Below, one piece after another: positions 35,862 to 46,290 of a DNA stretch of 64,000 bases. Source of the DNA: Macrostomum lignano (lineage: Eukaryota); contig NIVC01000658.1 of NCBI GenBank assembly GCA_002269645.1, positions 186,001 to 250,000 on the forward strand, in the 5' to 3' direction. The notes below the pieces were generated by a model that ran no database searches, was not told the origin of the DNA, and worked only from the letters and a program-made list of their open reading frames with translations. The position numbers and the translations under genes are program-made. Every line of letters starts with the position of its first letter. Positions within the stretch are counted from its first letter, which is position 1.

Positions 35862-36874
35862 ATGTTTTGATTTGAACCACTGCTGTGCTCCTACTTGCAC
35901 AAGCTCTGTATTAGTGCTATTAATATCCAAGAAAGAAAATCCGTTGCGAATGCATAAATTACCTAAAGATGACACTAGCAAAGCGCTAGTAGTAGCTACT
36001 GCAAGAGTGTGGATACTGACCTTTATAAACAATTAAATCACAGGGCCTACGTGTGTTCAGCTTGCACTTTATGGACGAGGCTTACTGCTGCCTTACAAAG
36101 TGCCACGGATGTGCAAGACATCTGTTTTTGCTGGGACGCAATCCCACACCAAGAGTTGATGCTGCCTCGGCTCGTTCAAATAGACCAGCTACCCTCTGTG
36201 CAAAGGACTGATAAACAATAAAGAGGCAGACGACATGTACCCTCCAGTGCTAGGGCCAATTAGCAATCTATCTGCAGCCGAGCCTGCGACTTGCCTGCTG
36301 CCAGTGCTGTGGCAGAGCAACCTTTTGCTACCAGATTCTGCGCCAAGAACAGCTATTGCGGCTGAAAGCTCTCACCTCTGCAGCCGATTTGCGGGTTCCA
36401 AGCGCTAGAGGCAACAATCAAGCAGCTGCAGCAACAATCCCGAAAGTGAAAGGCAAATCAAGGGCTGCAGCGGCAATCCCAAAAGCAAGAGGCAAATCAA
36501 GCAGCTGCAGCAGCAACTCTTGATGGTCAAGGCAAGTGCAGTGCAGTCGTGCATCCATGGACTGTGGAGGCATGGCTAGTGCAGCTTCCAGTGGTCAACT
36601 AGGCACTCGCAGTCAAGAGTGCTCTGGTCAAAGGATGTCATCTCATCAGCAGCTTATTGCAGCTATACCACAAATGTCCTGCTGCTTATCGGCTGCCTGT
36701 TACGAAACCACTGAGGATTGGCTCCATTGGATACATCCCTGGACCTTGAAGAGGCGCATTTGGCAGTTTTTTTTCATCTGTTGGGCCATGCTGAATGTTG
36801 CCTCTGAACAAAGGCAACTGGCGACCCTGTGCTTCGACAGCATGCTGCGAAAGTTTCACAAACAGATGAACTGA
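35862..36874 (+). pseudogene. Frameshifted relic of a P-element transposase N-terminus (THAP zinc finger to first catalytic Asp)
   Basis: Pieces in shifting frames: NHCCAPTC (35875-35898), RMHKLPKD, AYVCS..HFMDEAY and DAIP (THAP signature C-x-x-P-x-C...HxxP...VCSxHF...DAVP); then LYHKCPAAYRL (~36663) and ATLCFDSM (~36820-36844), resembling P transposase LYxxSPxAYRxL and LxFDEM. Confidence 0.72.
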
Positions 36875-38339
36875 TTAAGATGAGAAATCTTTCTATTTTG
36901 CTATATGAATATGGAGTATATGATATAGCTTGTATTTGCTAAATATACAATAGTTGACTGCAATAATATAGCCTTCAATGCAATCTAAAGCATTCACAAT
37001 GTTGCTTTGAATTGTAGAAAGTATAATTATAAGTTTCTTTTTGCAAATAAAATCAATACAATTGCCGGATTGCATTCATTGTTTTTTTATTTTTAAAAAA
37101 TATAAATGATGCTAAAATGTTTTTACTACTACTAAGCAAAAAGTAGAGTAAACTGTCATGTTGTGAAAATTAGCTGGAGTGGCCTATCTAGTGTTTATAG
37201 TATCTGTGGGTAGGAGTAGGCCCTTAGCAGTATTTGCAATTAATGATCAAATGACCTTGTTTTTAATTATAATTATTTTGGTGCTAAATATGTATAGAGA
37301 ACTAAGCTTTGTATAAAAGTTTTTATTTATGATTTTTAATTAAAAGGTTTATATTTAGTGATTAATTAGTTAATTGTTTATCCTTATTCATAATTTCTTC
37401 TAAACTACCCTTTTACCTTGTAATTCAACGTTTAACTTTGTATTTGAATTTGAATAATTTAGAAAATTAAAATCTGTATCACTATACATTTTGGAAGCAA
37501 TATATTAATGCTATTATCTATATATTGCATTTCAAAATTAATTAACCTGCTTTAATCACCTGCTTCATTCATATGAAAAAGTTTAACAGAACAATTCTTA
37601 GGATAGATATAGCCATGAACATGGCATGTACATGGTATGGCATATACAAAATGCTGCACCACATAGATATATACCTAATGCATAGTTGACAAAGTGATTA
37701 CCATTTTAAAGTGTCACAATTAGCGATTGACAAAGTGACCATATTTAGAGTTCTACTGATTAGCCAGTTAATAAAGTGACCTTAGAGCAATGGCTCCTAA
37801 GTTGACAATTTGACTAGGATATCTATTTTAAACAGGCAAAAACTAAGAACTTTCAATTAAATCACTTAACATAATGTGTATATTAAAGAAAGACAAGAAT
37901 GTGCTATGTTTACTTTGTGGAATGGTTTGGAATATTGGAATAGAGATATTGATTTGTGGCTTTAAAAAATATATTAGCTTGCATTCCTATAAAAAATAAA
38001 TTAAGCGAATAATTATAACACTCAATTATACATTATATATCCCTATCATCCCTATTATAAGCTGTTGAAACCCGCGGATTTTGAACCCAGTGAATTCCAA
38101 TCCCCTAAACTATTTTTGCATGTATTCTGAAATCTGATGCCATACTCAAAATTATTTGTTAATAGTTAGTAGGATAGAGGTAAACAAAATGGAGTTCATT
38201 TGCGTAAAATTAGGATTTCAAACATTTGATATTGTTTGCTGGGGTGCTGTGCAGAATGTCAGGCAATGTCTGTCTGACTCTAGAACATATTGGCAAACTC
38301 TGGCCTCTGCGTCTCCCTACATCCCTTGGATCCTTTGAA

Positions 38340-38830
38340 ACTTCTATCTTCTCTTCTGTTTCCTCTCTTCTCTCTCATCCCTCGTCTCTTCTCTCTTTCC
38401 TCTCCTCTCCTCTCTTCTCTTTTTTCCTCTCCCCCTCTTCTCTCGTATCTTCCCTCATCTCTCTTCTCTTTCATCTCTCTTATCTTATCTCTCTTCTTCT
38501 CTCCTCTCCTCTCTCCTCTCCTCTCTTCTCTTTTTTTCCTCTCTCCTCTCCCCTCTTCTCTCGTATCTTCCCTCATCTCTCTTCTCTTTCATCTCTCTTA
38601 TCTCATCTCTCTTCTTCTCTCCTCTCCTCTCACCTCTCCTCTCTTCTCTTTCTCCTCTTCTCTCGCCTCTTTCTTCTCCTCTATTATTTCCTCTCTTCTC
38701 TCTCGTCTACTCTCTCATCTCTCCTTTCTCCTCTTTCATTTCAGTCTTCTCATTTCTCTCTGCTCTCTACTCTCCTCTCCCCCCTTCTCATTCCCCACTC
38801 TCCCCTCTCTCAACAGTTTCCTTTTCTCTC
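38340..38830. repeat. Degenerate pyrimidine-rich (CT/CTCTT) simple repeat
   Basis: Direct read. It explains ORFs 38226..38882 and 38290..38886. Confidence 0.92.
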
Positions 38831-38994
38831 TGCTCTACGCACATATCTACATAAACATATCTATGCACAACTTTCAGTCTAAATAGCTTGCAGTGGCAGT
38901 ATAAGTTATATATTTACTCGTAAAAATCAAAGCAGCTCAAATTGGAATCAAAACACAACAAATAACACGCAACAGCTAAGAGAGCAAGGCAGCA

Positions 38995-39272
38995 AGTTCA
39001 GCTAGCAAAATCCTCGCTATCAAAATTCCTGCTAGCAGATCTCAGCTAGCAAAATCCTCGCTATCAAAATTCCTGCTAGCAGATTTCAGCTAGCAAAATC
39101 CTCGCTAGCAAAATTCCTGCTAGCAGATTTCGGCTAGCAAAATCCTCGCTATCAAAATTCCTGCTAGCAAACTTTGGCCAGCAAAATTCCGGCTAGCAGA
39201 TTTTGGCTAGCAGATTTCGGCTAGCGGATTTCAGCTAGCAAACTTTGGCTAGCAGATTTCCTGCTAGCAGAT
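38995..39272. repeat. Degenerate tandem repeat of 14-15 bp subunits centred on GCTAGCA
   Basis: GCTAGCAAAATCCTC / GCTATCAAAATTCCT / GCTAGCAGATTTC recur in tandem just upstream of SUGP1. Confidence 0.85.
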
Positions 39273-39602
39273 CTCGTACTCCCTGTAGAGATACATTATA
39301 CAATATTTTTAAGGGGTCTTCATGACATTTTGACAAAAGTCAAGATTCCATGGCATCTTTATATGGCAAATAAAAAGCCTACTGCTTAATTATATAAATA
39401 TATAAATATATTTTTCAATATTACACTTACTAGATTGAGAATTACTATATATACAAGTGTAGGTAGCATAATTTTTGTTTTACTCAAGGTTGCTATTAAA
39501 TTAATGCTGTTCCAAAAGGTATTGTTTAAATAAGTTATTGCATAGAGCTTTTAATTTCCAGCTAATTGATTTAAAGTGTCACAACATTTTACTGTTTGAG
39601 CC

Positions 39603-42600
39603 ATGAGCAACTCAAACCAAAAAACACCCAATTCAAGCCAGGCGTAAGTTATTTTTTTATATTTGTTTTAAATACATTGCTATAATTTCAATACTATTTG
39701 TTACACTATGTTATAATATTTTATAGACCAATTAAACTTCCCTTCAACAATGACGGGTCTTTCATGGAAATGTTCAAGAAGATGAAGCAGCAGCAGCAGC
39801 AACAGGGTCAGCAGTCGTCAGGCTCGCAGCAGGACGTCAAACCGCCAGTTGGTTTGGTTGCTAAGCAACCGGGTGAAGCTGTGAAACGATCAGCTGGTGC
39901 TATGGGCGACCCGGCTACTGTGTGAGTTGATATCTCTCGAATCATCAATTGCTGAACATCCCCATGATATAAATATCCCATATTGATTATCCCCAATATC
40001 CCCTATTAATTATCCCCAATATCCCCTATTGATTATCCCCAATTTCCCCTATTGATTTCCCCAGCATCAGCTGTTTATCATCCCCATATCAGTGGTTAAG
40101 AATCCGGAGTATTAGCAGCACCTATCGCACAAAGCTATCACATTTGCTCCCCCAATCTGCAGTGTTAAATCCAGCGCAAAGCCGAAGCTGGAGGAGATTC
40201 ACGATTCGATCCCTCCGCCCGAGGACCCGATCGCCATCATGAACATCGAGAATCTGGCCTCGCAGATCGCGCCGCTGGCCCCCGACGAAGAAGTCACCGC
40301 GCTGCGCTGCTTTAAATCCGAAGATTGCTACTCGTAAGTAGTGCTTACCGGTTTTCTATGTACAAATTAAATTATATAGTCTTTTATAAAAAATTCCTTA
40401 TGCAAACGCAGATTCTTGCGCGACCAGAGCAGTCAAGAGTGTCGCTATTTCTATTATCGGCTGGGCGAAATCCGCTTGGAACAGAGTCAGGAGGCTGAGG
40501 CGGCTGGTAAGTGCAAATACGAGTATATAATGAGAATTGAAAATACAATTAAATTTATTAATATCAACAAAACTAATTGCAAATTGAGTTAAGTCGACTT
40601 AGTCGCGGTTAGTGCTGGTGTACAAGGGGTCTAGGCATGCTTGGGCGCAACCTTGGGATTCACTCGGCCGTTTCTATTGGCAACACACACATGTAAGTCG
40701 CTATTGGACAGAATAGTAGTCACGTGACTGCTCTCAGCCAATAGCGACTTACATGTGTGTGTTGCCAATAGAAACGGCCGAGAGAATCCCAAGGTTGCGC
40801 ATGTATGGGTCTAGGGATTCCCTCATAGTTACTAAATAATTTAAAACTGAATGACTAAAATGCTAGGAAATGATTGTCGCACATTGCTAATACGAGTAGG
40901 CTAGTTAAAATTCTACGATAGTAAATCATTATCTCACATTGCTACTACTAGTAGGCTAGTTCAAATTCCAGGATAGAAAATGATTATCTCACATTGCTAC
41001 TACTAGTAGTCTGAAACGCAAGTAATGCACGCATAATTTCAGACGCAAAGCGACCCCGGTCCGATCAACCGTCCTCCTCGGCGGCGACCGGTGCTGCCGG
41101 AGGCGCTGGCGCGGCCGACCTGTTTGATCCGTACTCTTCTAAGAACATCCGGGCTGCTAAGAAGTTCACCGGCGGCTTCCATCTGACTGAGGATCAGGCT
41201 AAACAGATCGCCTATCAACAGGAGCTCAATGCTATTCAGGTTCGCTAGCGCCTATTAAATTTTGTTGTTAGTAAGAGGAAATTTAATGCTGTATATTATA
41301 TGCCTAATACTGCAGGAATTCATACTGGCCCAGAAGAAGCTGAAGATCAAAGAGAAGGAAGTGATCGCCGCCAGGGGCAAATATGAATACGACTCGGACG
41401 AGGAGGAGGCCTCAGCCGGGGCGCCAACTTGGGAGCACAAGCTGCGCCAGCAGGAGATGGAGGCCACTAAGACTTGGGCCTTCAAGCTTACCGAGATGGG
41501 CAAGGGCCGGCATCATCTCGGCGATTTTATGGACCCGCAGGAGCTGACCAAGTTTATGGAGCAGTACCGTCAGCTGAAGGTGATAATCTGGGTTCCGCTT
41601 ACTGATTTCTTGGATCATACTTTACACCTACCCTACATTGCCTAAACCATGCACTCATCTCAAACCGGAACTAACCAGTAATGGCACCCAAATTGCTCCA
41701 AAATCGTCCTTTGTCTAACTTTATCACCCACACTGAGAACCAGCCCTGAACCACACTGAGAACCGGCCCTGAACCACACTGAGAATCAGCCCTGAACCAC
41801 ACTGAGAATCGGCCCTGATACACACTGAGAACCGGCCCCTAAACCACTCTGAGAACCGACCCCTAAACCAGACTGAGAATCGGCCCTGAACCACACTGAG
41901 AACCGGCCCTGAACCACACTGAGAATCGCCCATGAACCACACTGAGAACCGGCCCCTAAACCACACTGAGAACCGGCCCTGAACCACACTGAGAACCGGC
42001 CCAGAACCACACTGAGAATCGGCCCTGAACCACACTGAGAACCGGCCCTGAACCACACTGAGAATCGGCCCTGAACCACACTGAGAACCGGCCCCTAAAC
42101 CACTCTGAGAACCGGCCCTGATACACACTGAGAATCGGCCCTGAACCACACTGAGAATCGGCCCTGATGCACACTGAGAATCGGCCCTGAACCACACTGA
42201 GAACCGGCCCTGATGCACACTGAGAATCGGCCCTGAACCACACTGAGAATCGCCCCGAACCACACTGAGAATCGGCCCTGAACCACACTGAGAATCGGCC
42301 CTGAACCACACTGAGAATCGGCCCTGACGACACAGAATCGGCCCTGAACCACACTAAGAACCGAAATTGAACCACACTGAGAATCGCCCCGAACCACACT
42401 GAGAATCGGCCCTGAACCACACTGAGAACCGGCCCTGAACCACACTAAGAATCGCCCCCGAACCACACTGAGAACCGGCCCTGATGCACACTGAGAATCG
42501 GCCCTGAACCACACTGAGAATCGGCCCTGATGCACACTGAGAATCGGCCCTGAACCACACTGAGAACCGGCCCTGATGCACACTGAGAATCGGCCCTGAA

Positions 42601-43287
42601 CCACACTGAGAATCGGCCCTGACGACACAGAATCGGCCCTGAACCACACTAAGAACCGAAATTGAACCACACTGAGAATCGCCCCGAACCACACTGAGAA
42701 TCGGCCCTGCACCACACTGAGAACCGGCCCTGAACCACACTAAGAATCGCCCCCGAACCACACTGAGAACCGGCCCTGAACCACACTAAGAATCGCCCCC
42801 GAACCACACTAAGAATCGGCCCAGAACCACACTGAGAATCGGCCCTGAACCACACTGAGAATCGGCCCTGAACCACACTAAGAATCGCCCCCGAACCACA
42901 CTGAGAATCGGCCCTGAACCTCACTGAGAACCGGCCCTTAAATGCCCCTTACTCGATGCCAACCGAACCCAGGAGGACGGTGGCGAGATGTCTTCGGCAG
43001 ACTACGCGGAGTTCAAGCTGACCTGCGAGAACGTGGGCTTCAAAATGCTGGAGAAGATGGGCTGGAAGGAGGGCGAAGGCCTGGGCCAGGCGGGTCAGGG
43101 CATCACGGCGCCGGTGGGCCAGCAGGGCGTCAACCAGACAGGCGCCGGCCTCGGCCTCATGTCTAGCAGCGCGATTGCCGAGCTCACTAAAGATGACGAC
43201 GAATACGAGGCCTATAGGAAGCGAATGATGCTGGCTTATCGGTTCAGGCCTAATCCGCTAAATAATCCTCGGCGGCCTTACTATTAG
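39603..43287 (+). CDS. SUGP1: SURP and G-patch domain-containing protein 1 (splicing factor 4), 7 exons, 425 aa
   Basis: join(39603..39643,39727..39921,40163..40333,40412..40506,41043..41239,41316..41579,42973..43287) = 1278 nt, all GT-AG and phase-consistent. Motifs: [10 protein letters not shown]; SURP ([25 protein letters not shown]); [15 protein letters not shown]; G-patch [19 protein letters not shown]; C-terminus [30 protein letters not shown]. Confidence 0.96.
40636..40807. mobile_element. 172-bp near-perfect hairpin MITE in SUGP1 intron 4
   Basis: A ~65-bp arm GCGCAACCTTGGGATTC...GTCGCTATTGG and its reverse complement; CAT...ATG ends; 8-bp TSD GGTCTAGG at 40628-40635 and 40808-40815; central AGTCACGTGACT palindrome. 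Confidence 0.88.
41727..42938 (-). repeat. 23-bp minisatellite array filling SUGP1 intron 6 (reads CCACACTGAGAATCGGCCCTGAA on +)
   Basis: 23-bp period; reverse complement of the array at 44522-46213. Confidence 0.97.
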
Positions 43288-43459
43288 CCGGCTTATTTGT
43301 TTTGATTTTTTACTCCTGCTTCAGTTTGTGTGGTAATATTTTGCTCTATTAATGAGATGGTTTTGAGACCCGGGCTTAGCAATTGCTACGATTATTTTGC
43401 TACGTCTGCCTGTCACGTAAAATTCAGAAATCTCTAATCTTTAAAGCTCTGAAACTCAA

Positions 43460-43815
43460 CAACCACCAAAATTCATAACCACCAAACTTCACAACCCCAA
43501 AATTCACAACCCACTAACTTCACAACCCCCAAACTTCACGACCCCAAACTCCACAACCCCCAAACTTCACAACCCCCAAACTTCACAACCCCCATACTTC
43601 ACAACCCCCAAACTTCACAACCCCCAATCTTCACGACCCCAAACTTCACAACCCCCAAACTTCACAACCCCCAAACTTCACAACCCCCATACTTCACAAC
43701 CACCAAACGTCACGACCCCAAACTTCATGACCCCAAACTTCACAACCCCCTAACTTTACAACCCCAATCTTCAAGACACCAAACTTCACGACCCCAAACT
43801 TAACAACGCCCCCAA
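43460..43815. repeat. Degenerate ~16-bp minisatellite (CACAACCCCCAAACTT)
   Basis: Direct read, downstream of the SUGP1 stop. Confidence 0.9.
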
Positions 43816-43904
43816 CTTTAATATTTTGAAATCGTAGCGAAGCCATCATTAAAAAAAGCAATAACAATCCGGCTTTTTTGAGAAGCAACCACAAGGACTT
43901 TTGC

Positions 43905-43912
43905 GCGGAAGT
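43905..43912 (+). promoter_or_regulatory. ETS-type motif GCGGAAGT in a short GC-rich island; candidate MRPL10 promoter element
   Basis: Motif match only, positioned between SUGP1 and the MRPL10 exons. Confidence 0.2.
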
Positions 43913-44521
43913 TGCCCGCTGGGCTGCCCTGATCGAGAAACGGTTGCTTGGAAGACATGCAAGACAAGCTGAGATTTTGGGGTAGCGAAATAATAGTGCA
44001 ATTGAATTCAGTACATTGACTGTCGGCCTGCTCTCTGATGTCTTGCTGACCTAGTAATTAGTTTATCTGCTCTATTGTAACTTTGACTGGGCGGTCTAGT
44101 TAATTATCTTGTGAGGTTTCGCATAAATTATGCTCACATTGTTCAACTGTTAAATGATTTCTTGATACTGCAGTGATCCTGGCATTGTGCATTTTGTCAG
44201 GCAAATCACTCAACCCCAATCTCCCCTTGTCATTAATATCAGTTTTCATTTATCCCTATTATATTGCCCGTTTATTGTGCATGTAAATAGACTTCTTGTC
44301 TTTGTCTCATCAAGTTATACCCTGGCTAACTGTCACTCGTCTGTGTATGCTGTTAGGTACATAATATGTCAAATTTGAACTAAAATATTATATATTATTC
44401 ATGTTTCTTTTCGTTTTACTGCCAGATGTGCTTTTGTTAATGCTTTTTTGTGCTAATTTTAGCACTGAATTTTAACATTTACGGGTGGTTTGTTGCAATC
44501 TTTAATATGGTTATAAGACCT

Positions 44522-46213
44522 AATCAGGGCCGGTTCTCAGTGTGTATCAGGGCCGGTTCTCAGAGTGGTTCAGGGCCAGTTCTCAGTGTGTATCAGGGCC
44601 GGTTCTCAGAGTGGTTCAGGGCCAGTTCTCAGTGTGTATCAGGGCCGATTCTCAGTGTGGTTCAGGGCCGGTTCTCAGTGTGTATCAGGGCCGGTTCTCA
44701 GAGTGGTTCAGGGCCAGTTCTCAGTGTGTATCAGGGCCGGTTCTCAGAGTGGTTCAGGGCCGGTTCTCAGTGTGTATCAGGGCCGATTCTCAGAGTGGTT
44801 CAGGGCCAGTTCTCAGTGTGCATCAGGGCCGGTTCTCAGAGTGGTTCAGGGCCAGTTCTCAGTGTGTATCAGGGCCGGTTCTCAGAGTGGTTCAGGGCCG
44901 GTTCTCAGTGTGTATCAGGGCCGGTTCTCAGAGTGGTTCAGGGCTGATTCTCAGTGTGGTTCAGGGCCGGTTCTTAGTGTGGTTCAGGGCCGGTTCTCAG
45001 TGTGGTTCAGGGCTGATTCTCAGTGTGGTTCAGGGCCGATTCTCAGTGTGGTTCATTGCCGGTTCTCACCGTGGTTGAGGGCCGGTTCTCACTGGGGTTT
45101 CAGGGGCCGATTCTCAATGTGGTTCAGGGCCGATTCTCAGTGTGTATCAGGGCCGATTCTCAGTGTGGTTCAGGGCCGATTCTCAGTGTGGTTCAGGGCC
45201 GATTCTCAGTGTGGTTCAGGGCCGATTCTCAGTGTGGTTCAGGGCCGATTCTCAGTGTGTATCAGGGCCGATTCTCAGTGTGGTTCAGGGCCGGTTCTCA
45301 GTGTGTATCAGGGCCGGTTCTCAGTGTGGTTCAGGGCCGATTCTCAGTGTGGTTCAGGGCCGGTTCTCAGTGTGTATCAGGGCCGGTTCTCAGAGTGGTT
45401 CAGGGCCAGTTCTCAGTGTGTATCAGGGCCGATTCTAAGTGTGGTTCAGGGCCGGTTCTCAGTGTGTATCAGGGCCGGTTCTCAGTGTGGTTCAGGGCCG
45501 ATTCTCAGTGTGGTTCAGGGCCGGTTCTCAGTGTGTATCAGGGCCGGTTCTCAGAGTGGTTCAGGGCCAATTATCAGTGTGGTTCAGGGCTGATTCTCAG
45601 TGTGGTTCAGGGCCGATTCTCAGTGTGTATCAGGGCCGATTCTCAGTGTGGTTCAGGGCCGATTCTCAGTGTGGTTCAGGGCCGATTCTCAGTGTGGTTC
45701 AGGGCCGGTTCTCAGTGTGTATCAGGGCCGGTTCTCAGAGTGGTTCAGGGCCGATTATCAGTGTGGTTCAGGGCTGATTCTCAGTGTGGTTCAGGGCCGA
45801 TTCTCAGTGTGTATCAGGGCCGATTCTCAGTGTGGTTCAGGGCCGATTCTCAGTGTGGTTCAGGGCCGATTCTCAGTGTGGTTCAGGGCCGATTCTCAGT
45901 GTGTATCAGGGCCGATTCTCAGTGTGGTTCAGGGCCGATTCTCAGTGTGGTTCAGGGCCAATTCTCAGTGTCGTTCAGGGCTGATTCTCAGTGTGGTTCA
46001 GGGCCGATTCTCAGTGTGGTTCAGGGCCGATTCTCAGTGTGGTTCAGGGCCGGTTCTCAGTGTGGTTCAGGGCTGATTCTCAGTGTGGTTCAGGGCCGGT
46101 TCTCAGTGTGGTTCAGGGCCGGTTCTCAGTGTGGTTCAGGGCTGATTCTCAGTGTGGTTCAGGGCCGGTTCTCAGTGTGGTTCAGGGCCGATTCTCAATG
46201 TGGTTCAGGGCCA
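44522..46213 (+). repeat. 23-bp minisatellite array (TTCAGGGCCGATTCTCAGTGTGG), inverted relative to 41727-42938
   Basis: 23-bp period; ends ~75 bp before the first identified MRPL10 exon. Confidence 0.97.
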
Positions 46214-46290
46214 ATTCTTGGTGCGATTCAGCTGCTAATCCTGCGGTTATTAAACAATCTTCATCCGTTCTGTCTCCTGTTGCCCTTAAG

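Larger units (their letters stand above)
32472..37208 (+). mobile_element. Decayed P-superfamily DNA transposon, host of three nested insertions
   Basis: Inverted termini of ~43 bp: CACAGATACTATAAACCCAGATAGGCCACTCAGGCTAATTTTC vs the reverse complement at 37166-37208. 8-bp TSD GGTAAGAG (32464-32471) / GGTAGGAG (37209-37216), 7 of 8 matching. Internal THAP and P-transposase relics. Confidence 0.82.
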
